From Dictyostelium discoideum (taxonomy: Eukaryota), in assembly GCA_000004695.1 (NCBI GenBank), contig CM000151.3:2048001-2112000 (forward strand): 64,000 bases of DNA. Reading direction: 5' to 3'. The notes beneath the pieces were generated by a model. The model saw only the letters and a list, made by a program, of their open reading frames with translations, searched no databases and was not told the origin of the DNA. Shown here piece by piece: positions 16,101-34,519 of this stretch (its first letter is position 1; each line of letters begins with the position of its first letter). The position numbers and the translations under genes were made by a program.

Positions 16101-16834
16101 TGGTTTTCATAGTTAGTACAGATAGTCAAAGATTTTATTTATTGGTTTTGTTTGTTCCACAATTATACCTACTTTCAAATACTTATTGTAGTGGTGGTTT
16201 AACAAGTTGGAAGTTATCATTACAAACTTCTTCATATGGTGGTAAATTAAAAGCACTCTCGAGAATGTTGGCTTTGTTTATGATTGTACTCACCATTCAA
16301 TCTTATATCCTTATGGGTGGTCAATTCAATATGAACGTCGATGTTAGAGCTGGTAATGTAGGTCTATTAAATATGGAAGATTATCCAACTTTCTCTGGTT
16401 TCTTAATGGTTTTCCATAAATTGGGTTACTTTTTTATTTTAATTACTTTCTTATTTAGATTTGTAAAATCATATAATCAACAATATCAACAACTTCATCA
16501 TTATCATCATTATAATAAACAGCAACAACAACAACAACAACAACAACAACAACCACAACAACAACCACATCATTTAATTCATAATCATGATAATATCTTT
16601 AATTTATATGATGAATTGGAAATAAAGAGTTGGTTATTTAGAATATTGGCACAGAAATCAATTGTTTTAATGTGGATTTTCAATTTTAATTTTTGGCAAT
16701 ATAAAGATTATTTAGATTGTTTTATTTCAACCTTAATCATTTCAATCGTTACCGTTGGTTTTGGTGTTTGTTTATGTTTTGATGAACTTTCAAAATATTT
16801 AAAACCAAAAGTTTGGAAAATATTAAACAAATAA
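13113..16834 (+). CDS. GPI ethanolamine-phosphate transferase-like enzyme (PIG-G/PIG-O/GPI7 family, alkaline-phosphatase superfamily) with multi-TM C-terminal half; 2 exons, about 1212 aa
   Basis: Exon 1 is 13113..14837 (575 codons), the intron 14838..14920 (GTAATT...tatatag) and exon 2 14921..16834 (in frame through MIDKVSNN). After an N-terminal TM helix come LFVDSLAHD (compare the DALRxD metal-site motif) and LNSDHGGS (compare SDHGM). The C-terminal 640 aa is very hydrophobic with many TM segments plus poly-Q/poly-N inserts. The family call rests on these two short motifs plus the architecture. Confidence 0.5.
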
Positions 16835-17167
16835 ATAAATAAATAAATAAATAAAAAAACAATTCATTTATTATAATTTTTATTTTTATTTTTTTTTTTT
16901 TATTTTTTATTTTTTATTTTTTATTTTTTTTTTTTTTTTTTTTTTTTATTTTGTGTTGGTGACTTATTTTCAAAGGTCATGTTTAAAATTTGTAATAAAT
17001 TCACTGATAAAAATAAAAAAAAATCCCCCTTTCGATTTAAATTTTTAATAAAAGATAAGATTTTTTTTTTTTTTTAAAAAATTAAGAAATTTATATTATT
17101 TAATTCCCACTTTAATTAATTTTTTGTTATGTCATTTTTTATTTAATTTTATTTTTATAAAAAAAAT

Positions 17168-17201
<34 letters not shown>

Positions 17202-17310
17202 CGTTAAAACGGCACAAAAATTTTTTTTTTTATTTTTTTTTATTTCATTTTATTTTTTTTAAAAGTTTATTTTTAAAACAAATTCTATATATATATATAA
17301 AAATAAAGAA

Positions 17311-19345
<2,035 letters not shown>

Positions 19346-19474
19346 AAAAAAAAGAATTTAATAATATAAAAAAAAAAAAAATAAAGAATATTTGATTATT
19401 TATAATAAAAAAATAAAAGAATAAGTTTTGAAAAAAATAAGAACATTTTAAAATATTTTAGTTTTATTTATTTA

Positions 19475-21478
<2,004 letters not shown>

Positions 21479-21718
21479 CTCTTTTAAAGATATTTATTTA
21501 TTTATCTTTTTTTATTTAGTGAAGTGAAACTGTTTAAGACAATAATAACATTTTTTTATTTTTTTTATTTTTTTTTATTAACAAAAATAAAAAAAAAGTT
21601 CCATATTTCCAAGAAATTTTTCGACAATTTATTTTTTTTAATTTTTTTTAATTTTTAAATTTTTTTTTTTTAGTCTTGTTTTATTTTTTTATTTGGATTA
21701 TTAAAATTAAAAAGCTGT

Positions 21719-21979
21719 ATGACATCTTCAAATGAGATAATTATTTTAGATGATGACGATGATGATGATAGTGAACAACAAAAAACACCAAGATTTCAAG
21801 TAAATAATGGAGCTGAAACAATGAAAAATTCAAATTCCGATATTAGAAAAAAAGTAAATAAAACAATTGTAAATAAAAAAAGAGAGTTATTGGCGAACAT
21901 CCATTCAAATAGATTTGATCGAATAGATAATAAAAAGATAAAAAGTGTTAATGACAATAAAACCAAGAATACCAACAGT

Positions 21980-22043
<64 letters not shown>

Positions 22044-23154
22044 GTGATGGTAATAAAACAACAATCCCAACAATAACCACTACAACTAGTAGTCCCAAAA
22101 ATATTATTTGTATAGATGATGATGACGATGATGCTATTGTAAATAATCTTAATACAAATAAAATAACAAGTAATTCAACAAAAGAAATAGTGCAAACAAA
22201 ACAAACGACACCAACAAAAGTACAGTCACCACGTTATCATAATAGTAATAGCAATAAAAGTCCCAATGCAAAATCAAATTTTTTAGCAGATATACACGAA
22301 AAAAGATTAAATATTGGTGATGGTGGTATTACAATCGATGAGAATTATCACAACGTTTCAAATGGAGATAACGATTCCTATCGACCAAATAATAATAATA
22401 ATAATATCAAAAGTAACAGTAACAGTAATAACAATTCAGATAAAATTAAAACTAATAAAGAACCATTTAATTTTCAACAATCACTAGACTTGAAAAAACA
22501 ATTGAATTCAATTAGAAATGAACAACATAAAAGCTATAGAAATGATAAATTAAATAAAAAGAAATTCTTTGACCTAAATGATATCGATACACTTCAAAAA
22601 CAAGAATTACAGAATAGAATGATTTCAGCATCAATGGAAACAACAATACCAACTGTTAATAGAAACGCTATTCATACAATTGATAATACTATATTACATC
22701 CTGAAGCAATTGGTAGAAAAGCATTGGAGTTTTCAAATAAATTTAGAAGTGCTCAAGGTAAACCATCATTAATTTGGAATCAAACTATTTATCATATAGG
22801 TGTTGAACATAGTAAAAGTAAGTATATAAATAATATATTATAACAATAGCAATAGCAATGATAAACATTAACATTTAATTATAATATATAGACATGGCAG
22901 AGAAAAAAGTTGCTTTTGGACATGATGGATTTAATGATAGAGCTAAAAGATACCCATTCCCATCAAGAGGAGCTGGTGAAAATGTTGCTTATACAAATGA
23001 TCCAGATGATATTGCAAATAAAGTGGTAAATGGTTGGATTAATTCACCTGGACATAGAAAGAATCTTCTTGGTAATTTTAATGTTTGTTCAATTGGCGTT
23101 TATAAAAATAGTGAAGGTTTTTGGTACTTAACTCAATTATTTGGTCTTCAATAA
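21719..23154 (+). CDS. CAP/SCP/PR-1-like domain protein with long N/S/D-rich N-terminal extension, 453 aa, 2 exons
   Basis: Exon 1 is 21719..22817 (phase 1, GTAAGT donor), the intron 22818..22891 and exon 2 22892..23154. The C-terminal 150 aa reads HTIDNTILHPEAIGRKALEFSNKFRSAQGKPSLIWNQTIYHIGVEHSKN... GENVAYTNDPDDIANKVVNGWINSPGHRKNLLGNFNVCSIGVYKNSEGFWYLTQLF. This carries the CAP-family GEN, W-x-SpGHr-N-L and C-S-x-G-x-Y..Q-F motifs. Confidence 0.6.
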
Positions 23155-23212
23155 TAATTTAATAAACAATATAATAAATAATAAACAATAAAATATAATA
23201 ATAAATAATAAA

Positions 23213-23347
<135 letters not shown>

Positions 23348-23498
23348 GGAGAAACATATCATAATATGTAAATTAGTTTTTTAATATATTCTGAAATGTT
23401 TTTAAATAAATATAATACAATGTATTTAGATATTATTGATATTTTATTGATATATTTTATTATTACATGTGTGTTAAAACTTTATATATATATTTATT

Positions 23499-23747
23499 TT
23501 ATTCGTCTTTAAGTAAAATGACATCAACATTGTCGTGAACACGTTGGAGTAAGATTTCACCTTGGAAAGTGATGATACCTCTCTTTTTAGCAGCTTTGAG
23601 TGTACCAACTAATGCTTCGAAAAAGTTTGCAACATCATCATCATTGAATAAAACACCATATTTGACAGAGTACTTTCCATCAGCACCCTTGGTTCCAAGT
23701 TTTTTAATAAATTTGACTAATTCCTTAACTTCGTGATCAACGTCCAT
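23499..23747 (-). CDS. cosA: Costars (ABRACL / STARS C-terminal-domain homologue), 82 aa
   Basis: Single-exon ORF MDVDHEVKELVKFIKKLGTKGADGKYSVKYGVLFNDDDVANFFEALVGTLKAAKKRGIITFQGEILLQRVHDNVDVILLKDE. It aligns position-for-position with human ABRACL (MNVDHEVNLLVEEIHRLGSKNADGKLSVKFGVLF...EALVGTLKAAKRR.I.T.PGELLLQGVHDDVDIILLQD). Confidence 0.85.
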   Translation of the reverse strand: MDVDHEVKELVKFIKKLGTKGADGKYSVKYGVLFNDDDVANFFEALVGTLKAAKKRGIITFQGEILLQRVHDNVDVILLKDE

Positions 23748-23928
23748 TCTTTACTAAAAAAAAAAAAAAAAAGTATTAAAACCCAAATAAAATACTTCTG
23801 ATTTATTAAAAAAAAAAAAAAAAAAAAAATCATTTAATGATCACACATACATATATGCTTTTACAAAAATTTTTAATGAAAATAAAAAAAAAAAAAAAAA
23901 AAAACAAAAATAAAAAATCAAAAAAACC

Positions 23929-23985
<57 letters not shown>

Positions 23986-24142
23986 AAAACCCAAAATAAA
24001 ATAAAATGAAATTAATTAATAAAACCCCTACATGATTAAAATAATGCTAAATTAAATAAGATAAATTGTTTTTTATTTTATTTTATTTTATTTTATTTTA
24101 TTTATTTTATTTATATTATTTTATATTATTTTAATAGTTTAT

Positions 24143-27100
24143 TTATTTTGAGTATTTGGCAAGGATATGATTGAATATCATTTGGATCAGGTTATTTTCA
24201 CCACCATTACCATATGACCCAATTGATTGAAGGAATGATATTTGTTCTTTTGAGATACCATAGGCTTTTTCAAAATTGTATTTTTGATCAAAGTCTAAAG
24301 TGTGGAAAGTTCTTAATTTAATACAAACTTTTTCATTAGAATCCATCACCATACGCTTCCACTGTTTAAAATTAACTTCTTTACAATTTCCACCTTTTTC
24401 ATTTTTTAATACTTGGAGAATTTTAACAGAATTAATAACTTCACCATAAACATTATAGATCTTTAATGAAGAATCTGAAGAATCTTTAAAGTTATCATTA
24501 AACATTATTTTAATTATATTATCGGCTACCCAATTCACAGGTGAACATAATAAATTAATATCTACTTCTTTATCAGATGGGAAATAACCTAATTTAAAAC
24601 TTGATTGAAGCATCAATTGAGTGATATCACCATAATGACCAATACCAGTATCAGGATTTGAAAATATACTTGGAGCTCTAAATATAATTGATGGAATTTT
24701 AAATCTTGATGATGCTTCAGTTAATAAAAATTCAGAAATTACTTTACTTTGCATATAACCTGTTGGTAAATTATTTATTGTTTCAAGTTTTGGAGTTGCA
24801 ATTGATCCATTAAATTCTTGATTGTAAAATACTGAAAATGTTGATATTGTAAGTATTGGTTTTGGTTGGTGGTGTTGTTGTTGTGTTGGTTTACCAAAAA
24901 GTGAAAGTTTAATAATTTCTTTTAAACTATTAACATTTACTTGTTTACATTCGTAATAATTTGCTCTTAGATTAATATCAGCACCACTATTTAAAAGTAA
25001 ATTTGTATTGTTTGAAATTAATGAATAATTATAATCAGATAAACCAAACTTCTTTTTAGTTAAATCTCCAACAATTGGTATAATTTTTGAAAGATGTTTT
25101 TCATTTAATTGTTTATAATATAATTGATGATGTTTTAAATTATTCAAAATCTCATCAACTGGATTACTAGATTTACTTTTATTTCTTAATAAACAATAAA
25201 CTACTGAACAACATTCCATTTGAATTAAATACCAAAGTAAATAAGCACCTAAAAATCCTGTACTACCTGTTAAAAATATTCTTAATTCATTTTCTTTAAA
25301 TTCTTTAATTTCTATTTGATTTCTTATTGAATTTGATGAAATTAAATTAAATTCATCATCATCAAGTTTAATTTCATTTTTCCAAAATTCTTCAGATTCT
25401 ATTGTTTTATTTTCAGGAATATTATTATTTTTTTTATTTTGTCGATGTTGTTGTTGTTGTCCATCACCAATTTTTAATTTTAATTGATTTGTAATTAATT
25501 TAATTGATGATGATATTGTGTTTGATTGAAGTTGTTGAATTGTAATTAAACTAGAGTAGATTTCTTTATCAATCCAATTTTTTAATTGAACTGTTAATAG
25601 TGAGTCTGCACCATACTCAAGTAATCTTAAATCTTGATTAATCTTTGATACTTCAATAGATAATAGTTCTGATAGTTTATTTAAAAATAAACTATCTATA
25701 CTTGTGTCATTTTCAATTTTTTTATTATTTGTTAATTCATTATTTTCAATTAGATTTGTAATGAAATCGAATTTATGTATCATTGGATGTTTTTTATAAT
25801 GTTCAAATAAAGTTTTAAAATTAAATGGTGATACTATTAAATTTGTAGATTGAAAAACATTTTGAATTTGTGAATCTAATAAACCCAATATCATATTGAT
25901 AGGTAATGGATACAAACCTTGGCCATCTAATAGCTGTGCAATTGATTCATTTCTTGAAACTAAACCTGCAGATTGAACAGATCCATAATTTGTACAAATT
26001 GAAGGTAAACCAATTGATTTCCTATATCTTGATAATGAATCTAATACTCTATTAGAACAAACATAAGAACATTGATCAACTGAACCAATTATTGATGCAA
26101 CTGATGATGATAATATAAATTGTTTTAATTTCCAATTTCTTTTTATAGATTGATTATGTAAATTAATTGCACCCATTGTTTTTGCACCATGTGAAATTTC
26201 TAAACTTTTCATATCGATTTCATTTACACCACAAAATGTAAATTCAAATGCAAAATGAAAAATTGAATCTATATTTGTTATTGTTTTTGAATTTCCATTT
26301 AAAATTTGATCAATTGCATTATCAACACTAATCGAATTACTAACATCAACACTCTTAAAATGAAAATTAATATGTTTATTCTTCTTTATTAATAATTCTA
26401 AACCCCATTTCATTGATGATTTTGAAAGAACTATAATATTTTTAACATTTTCTGAAAATTTAACAATCCATTTTAAAATTTCTAAAATAATACCAGACTG
26501 ACCTGTTACTAATATTGTTGAACCTAAATGATCTTGATTATTACTATTAATTTTATAATTTGTTTTTAAAATTGAAAAATTTGAATTAATTTGATTTTTA
26601 TGAACATCAATTAAATCACTTAGAATGTTAATATCATTATTTACAACTATTTTACCAATATGTTTACGTTTATTAATATATTCAATTGCTACTTTAATTG
26701 TTGAATTTGAAAATTCAGTAATTGGCATTAAGTTTAATTCATGATTTTCAATAGCTCTAGTTATTTTCTTTAACATTCTCTGTATTAATGTTTTTTCAAT
26801 AAATAATAATTCAACATTATGATAGCCAAAATTATATTTAAAATTATTATTATTTATATATTCATTTGGATTTAAATGAGTGATTGATAAATCTACAATT
26901 CTACCACCAATATTTAAACATTTGAAATTTGAATCCATATAATCACTTGATAAAGTATTTAATATTAAATCTACACCATGTTTATCTGATTTTAATTGTT
27001 TTAATTTTAACTTTATCTCTTCTGAATAGTCTTTGTTCATTGTTGAATAAATTCCAGTTATAAAATCACCATAGGTATTGATAAGGTATTGCTCTTTCTC

Positions 27101-30100
27101 TTTTGAACCTACAGTAACGAATATATGTGATTTATGACCTTTCCATTTCAATATATTCAATGCTGATAATCCTATACCACCTGAACCTGAATGAATTAAT
27201 ATTGATTCATTTCTTTTAATTTTTAAATTTCCAACATTAAATATTGAATGATATGATGTTAAATAAACACCTGGTATTGACGCTGCCTCAATATGATTAA
27301 TATTAGTTGGTTTATGGTAAATCTGATTGTAATCAACTATGATATGTGTTGAAGTTGTATCATAACCAATACCATAAATTTGATCGCCTATCTTGAAATC
27401 ATTAATATTACTACCAATGGCTGAAACAATACCTGAAAATTCCAAACCAAATTCTGGATCATTTATATCATTATTATGACTAACCATTTCAGGTGGTAAA
27501 AGTCCACAATAAAGTAAATAATCTTTATAATTTATACCAGTTGCCTTAACATGAACTTCTAATTGATTCTCTTTTAATGATTTCTTTGAATCTAAAATAA
27601 ACTCTAAATTTGGTGATAGTTTTGCATATAATTGATTGATATCATTTACAAATGATTCAGATATAACAAATGTTTTATTTAAATTTGAATTTCTCTTATA
27701 TCTTTCATAATAAACTTTGTTATCTCTAATTTTAAATTCTTTTTGAATGAATTTATTTGAATCTAATAATAATTGAATAGTATTATTTAATTCTTTATTG
27801 TTTATTGATTTTTGATCAAAATCCAAAGAGAATAAATTAAGTTGAGGAAATACTTCAAAATATCTTGCTGCACCAATTACCGAAGCTGATAAATAATTAA
27901 TATTATCAGAATTTAATGTAATTAAAACATTTTTACATTTTAAATTATTTGATAATAATATTTGATTAATTTGAATGTATTCTAATGTTACAAATTTGAA
28001 ATTATCAATTGTTAATTGATTAATTGCTTTTGTAAAATAAACAATTGATTTATCAGTAATAATTGATTTTTTAATTAATTCATTAAATTGTTGAACATTT
28101 GAAATTGTTGTTGTTGATACCTCTTTAAATAATGATAATTCATTATCACCATAGATAATGATATTATTATTATTATCATCATTAATTTGAGTAATTGTTT
28201 CAATATTGTTTAAATTTGAATAGATTGAAGGCTTTTGAGTATGTATTACATAAAAACTTGGTATTTCAATTGACATTATAACTTTAACTTCATTAAAACT
28301 ACAATCTAATAATAAATTATTCCAAGATTCTTTAGGCATACAACATCTATCTTTTCTTATAGTTAAATCTGTAAAACACCACCATTGATCGAATACACCG
28401 AATATATTATCTAATAAAATTGATTTATAAATTGGTTCTACAAATACAAGTTGACCATTTGGTTTTAATATTTCATAAATTTGATTAATTGGTGGTTTTA
28501 ATTGTTTAACTACATGTAATACATTTGACATTATTACAAAATCATAATATGATGGTTTTAACATTTGTTCAGTAATTAATTGCTTTTCAAGATTTAATGG
28601 TTTATAAATGATATGAATATTTTGATTTATATGTGAAAACTTGGATTTGGCATCTGGAATGAAGGATGGTGATATATCACTCCATGTATATTCTATATCG
28701 ATTTCACTATTTGGAAATTCTATCAATAATTCATTGATTTTATTTAATACAATCAATGATAATGATGCTACACCACCTCCAAATTCTAATATTCTAAATA
28801 CCATCTTTTCATTTAAATTTGGTAAAATTGATTCACTTATAATATTAGCAATCACTTGATTATGAATTTTAAGAATATGATAATTTGAATAGAAATTATC
28901 TAACATTCCATTGTCAAATAATGATTGAGGTGTATCATTTGAAGGATCGTCATCTATCAATGGAAATAACAATTTTGCAACGATTTTTGTTGATTTTAAT
29001 AATATTTCATAATGTTCTATATTATTTTCATTATAATAATGTTGATGATCATCAACATTATTAACATCAATAACACTATCTTTTAAGGTTTCAAAAATTG
29101 ATTTGAATAATTTTGAATGTTTATCATCATTTAAATATTTTTCAAGTAATTGAATTATATCCATTGATTTGATTATTTCTATATTAAGTTGTGGACATCT
29201 TTTAACTATATTTGAATATAATTGATTTGAAATGAAATTTTTCAAAATTGAAATGTCATAATTTTTAACTTTTTCATTCATCCTATCAGGTTCATCAAGT
29301 TGTTGAGTGAATTTTGAAGGTGATGGTATTGGTGAATCAATTAATTGATTATATGTTGAATATAAATCATTTAATGGTGGTTGTATTATTGATGAATCTT
29401 TAATTATTGTTAAAGATTTACATACTAATTTATTCATTTCAATTAAAATTCTACCATCTTCAAACATAACTATGATTGAACTTGAAAATGAATCTCCTAT
29501 TCTTTTAAAACTATATGAATATGAATATAGTTTAATTTCTTTATCAGATGATAATTCTAAAAATGATGGTATATTTGATGAATAATATTTAAATCCTTCA
29601 ACTTTTTCAAATACTAATTGACATTGTTCATCAACTAATCCAACTGAACTATGTAAACAAGAATCCAATACTGATGGTGTGAAAAGAGTTGATGATGATG
29701 GTTTAATTGGTATAACAGCTAATGAACAATCATCACCTAAGTAACACTCTGAAACTGTTTGAAATTCACCATTGTATGATAATCCAGTTTTTGATTTAAT
29801 ATTTTGATATAATTCATTCTTTGTTAATTTTGTTAAATTACATTTATTATTAATTAATTCTTGAATATTATACTTTTTATTTACATTATTACCACTTGTA
29901 AATAATTGGAAATTACCATTTGATGATTGTACCCATTCATTTGATTTATTATCTTTAAAATGGAATTGTACTTTAAATTCAGTTTTACCAGTTTGAAATA
30001 TATTTGTTTGTAAACATTGATTAATACCATCTATTAAAATTAATGGTGATTTAAATTCCATTGAACCAATAGTCAAATCTTGTGATGGATATAATTTCAA

Positions 30101-32535
30101 TAGATTATCAATATAACCACAACCTGGGAAATAGTATTTACCATTCACAATATGACCTTTAAGATATTTGAATGGTTTCTTACTAATATCAATAAATGTT
30201 TGATATGATTTAACATTTGGTGAACTTTCAATTAATGAAAAACCAAGTTGGTCAATTGGAGGTCCTTGAAATTTGTGTTTTTGTTGAACTAAATCTTCTT
30301 TCCAATATTTTTTATCATCCCATTGATAATTTGGTAATATTATTTCTTGATTATTATTATTATTAATTATTTGCTCATCTTTGAATTGTGATTTAAAATT
30401 GATGTTATATCGATTATCACAATAAAGTTTAGCAATTGTTTTTTGAATCTCTTGAATATCATTCTTTTTCTTATGAAGTGCTGAATATATTGAAACTTTG
30501 AAATTAGTTTCTTCAGTAGTTGACAAAGATGATACAGGTATCATTTGTTTTAAATAAAACTGTAATGTTGGATGTGGTGCTAATTCAATGAATACAATTT
30601 CATTTCCTAATTTATTTATTTCAATATGTTTATATAAATTTGAAATTGTTTGGGAAAATTTAACTGGTTTTATTATGTTATTATAAACATATTCGGAGTT
30701 GAATGGTGTTGTTGAAGATTCGTATAAATTTGTTGTTACTGTTGAAAAAATTGGTATTGTTGGTGATTGATGATTAATGTTTAAATTTAAGATTTGATCT
30801 TTTGTAATCTTTTGATTTGAAGTATGGAAAGATGATAATGAAGCTAACATTGTTGAGAAAATTCCTTTATCTTTTAATTCATTTGATATTTGATTTAATT
30901 GTTGTTCATTACCTCCCAATACAATTGAATTTGGTGAATTGTAACATGCAATTTCAATATCTGGGTATTTAGTTGAATAATTTGATGATAAATAATCTTC
31001 AGAACTAATACCAATTGATAACATTCTACCACCATTACAATGTGTTTCAATTTGTGCTAATGATCTATGATAAATTAAATAACATAAAGTATCCAATGTA
31101 ATCATACCTGAGCAATAGGCTGCTGGAATTTCACCTAAACTATGACCAACTATAAATGATGCTTCAATACCCCAATGTTTATATAATTCGAATAATGATA
31201 TCGTTAACATACAAACTATTGGTTGTGCAATTGTTGGATGTTGAATACTTCTATCTCCATCATCTATAATTGATCTAAATTTATTTAAAACTGAATATTC
31301 ATAATACTTTAATAGTTCATCATCTAATAAATCCATTGATTTTTTGAAAATTGGTTCATTATTATACAATTCCAATGACATTGTATTATATTGTGAACCT
31401 TGACCCGCAAACACAAATACAGTAATTGGATTATTTTGAACTTTTGACATATTTGATGATTGTGTATTAGATGTTTGAATTTTATTTGTTGATTCAATAT
31501 TTTCACTAAATTCATTCCAATTTGAAGCAGTAACTACACAACGTTGGTAAAGTGAACTTGATTTACTAAAAATTTGTTGTTTAACAAACTCTTTAAAATC
31601 ATTTGATTTTTTAAACAAATAATCATTAACCACCGATTCATACTGTTTTAATGATTGTACTGAATTTGCAGAAAATGGTACTAAATACTGTTTTTGAGTT
31701 TGTAAATTTTTTAAATCTTCACTATGTGTGCAACTGTTTTTGTTGTTGTTGTTTTTATTGTTACCTTTGTATTCTGATAAAATTAAGCAACAATTTGAGC
31801 CGGTAATACCAAAATTATTTAAAATCATTGAAAAATTATCAGTTTTTTGGAGATCTTTGAAATGGATAGGTTCTGTAACAACTTTTAAATTCCATTCGTC
31901 AAATTTAATTGATGGATTTGGATTTTTAAAATTAATATTTGGTGTTAGATATTTGTTTTTAAACATTAAACAACATTTAACCAATGATGCAGAACCTGAA
32001 GCTGCTTCTAAATGACCAATTGAACTTTTAATTGATCCAATTAATAATGGTTGTTGACTTAAGGTGGAATTATTTGAAGAATGTGTTTTAAAAACTCTTG
32101 ACATTCCATCCAATTCAACTGGATCACCAGTTGGTGTACCGGTACCATGTGCTTCAATATAAACTATATCTTCAAGTTTCACAGTTCCATTGGTTGATGA
32201 AAATGCATTATTAACATTATCAGCTTGTGATATTGATGATGGTGAATAAAAGTTTTGTTTATCTTTTAAACCGTTACCATCAACATTTGAACTTGCACCT
32301 TTAATAACACAATAAATGTTATTACCATCTGCAACTGATTGTTTTAAACTCTTTAAAACTAATAACGCAACACCTTCTCCTCTAACGAATCCATCTGCAC
32401 TTTCATCAAATGTCATACATTTGCCTTGACTTTTACTTAACATATTCAAATATGAAAAAGATTTTGATGAATTTGTTTCTAAAAATCATAAAATAAAATA
32501 AAATATGTTAGTATTTAAAAAAGTTTAAAATAGAG

Positions 32536-32577
<42 letters not shown>

Positions 32578-33242
32578 ATACCAAATAATGAATTTACACC
32601 TCCAACAATTGATAAATTTGAGAAACCACTTTTAATTGATTGATAGCCTAATCTTATTGCATTTAATGATGATGAACATGCAGTATCTATAGTTATTGAT
32701 TCACCAGAGAAATCAAAACAATGTGATATACGATTTGCAATGGTACTTAATGCCGATCCAAAAACGTTTGTTTGTGTTGAATTTGGATTTTTGCTAATAT
32801 CTTTATAATCAACTGATGTACAACCAATGAAAACTGATGTTTTTGAACCACGAATTTTGATTGGATCAATATTTGAATCTTCTAATGCTTCCCATGTACA
32901 TTTTAATAATAATCTTTGTTGTGGATCAATAGTTGATACTTCAGATGGATTAATACCAAAAAATAATGGATCAAATGATTTCCATTCATCAAGTGGTAGT
33001 AAACCTGCATTTCCATTTGAAATTTCACCCAATTCATTAAAATTATCGCTCCATCTTTCAGTGGTTTTAACAACACCATCAAATCCATTCATTAAATTAT
33101 TCCATAATTCTTTTGTTGAATCATTTGATTTACTTAAATCTCCTGATGGTAATCTGAATCCAATTCCAATAATTGCAATATCATCCTCGTTTTCATTTGG
33201 TTTCGCTAGTTTATAAGATGATAAGTTAGTATTGTTTGTCAT
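24143..33242 (-). CDS. Iterative type I polyketide synthase, about 2998 aa: KS-AT-DH-cMT-ER-KR-ACP-C-terminal NAD(P)-binding reductase (R) domain; 2 exons
   Basis: Exon 1 is 33242..32582 (MTNNTN...; KS active-site DTACSSSL; phase 1, GTATGT donor), the intron 32581..32479 and exon 2 32478..24143. Total is 8997 nt, a multiple of 3. Motifs with approximate nt positions: [13 protein letters not shown] about 32155; AT GHSLGE about 31147..31130; [13 protein letters not shown] about 30155; methyltransferase [13 protein letters not shown] about 28790; [16 protein letters not shown] about 27190; [16 protein letters not shown] about 26515; [16 protein letters not shown] about 25610; R domain [15 protein letters not shown] about 25280. 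No thioesterase or chalcone-synthase domain, so it is not a Steely-type hybrid. Confidence 0.9.
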
Positions 33243-33847
33243 TATTAAAAAAAAAAGTGAAAAAGTTAAAAATAAAAAAAAAAACAAATTTAAAATGATA
33301 GAAAGTTAATTATTGTAAGGTTGAAAAAATAATGGAATACAAATAAAAATAATTTCTATTTAAATAATTGGGTACAAAAAAAAAAAAACTACATTTTAGG
33401 GAATTTACGATTTTAGATAGGTGTATGTCGTGAAAAAAAAAAAAAAATTTAATAAAAAAAAAAAAAAAAAGTCTTTTTGTCGGAAAAATGTATTATGAAA
33501 ATAAAAAATTAAACCCCACATTAACATATTAATTAATTATTGGATTCACACTAAAATGTTAAATTTTTTTTTTTTTTTTTTTTCAAAAATTCTTTAAATT
33601 TATAAAGATTTTCGAAAAAAATAAAAAATAAAAAAATAAAAAAAAAATCAAATAATTTTATTTGCCAAATCTCATTATATCTGAAATTAAATCTCTAATT
33701 TGAAAATATTTTTGTAAGCTTTATCTTTTGCTTGAAAATAATTTTTTACAAGATAAGAAAAATATATTTTGTTGTTTTTTTTTATGGGAGTAGATCAACC
33801 CAAACTTTTATTTTTTTTTTTTTTCTGGTCTGGTTTTATGAAACTCG

Positions 33848-33934
33848 TCAATGGGTTTGTTTTTGTTTTTTTAATTGTGGGTGTTGAGATTTTTGATAAA
33901 TTGGTTTAATATTTTGAAAATTATTTTCAATTTC

Positions 33935-33991
<57 letters not shown>

Positions 33992-34099
33992 TGGTTGTTG
34001 TTGTTGTTCATTTGGTTGTTTAGGTTGCTTTGGATGTTGGGGTTGTTGTGGCGGTTTTGCTTGTTTTGCTCGTTGTTCTCTTGGTAGTTTTGGTTGTTT

Positions 34100-34180
<81 letters not shown>

Positions 34181-34426
34181 TGGTTGTTGTTGTTGTTTTG
34201 GTTGTTTTGGTTGTTTTGGTAGTTTTGGTTGTGGTTGTTCTCTTGGTTGTTCTGTTTGTGTCGATTTTTGTTGTTGCTGTTGTTGTTGATATTGTTTAAG
34301 ATGCTGTTGGATTAAAGCTTGATCTTGGTCTTCCAACTCTTGTGTGGTTTGGTATTGAACCTGTTGTGCTTTCATTTCAAGTTCAGGTTTAAAATTATTA
34401 AACCTGTTTGATTTATTTTGATAATG

Positions 34427-34519
<93 letters not shown>

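Noticed and set aside
28641-32015. Short plus-strand ORFs inside the PKS (28641..28859, 31728..32015) and the minus-strand ORF 31324..31515
   Set aside because: Antisense or out-of-frame shadows within a continuous 8.3-kb coding exon.
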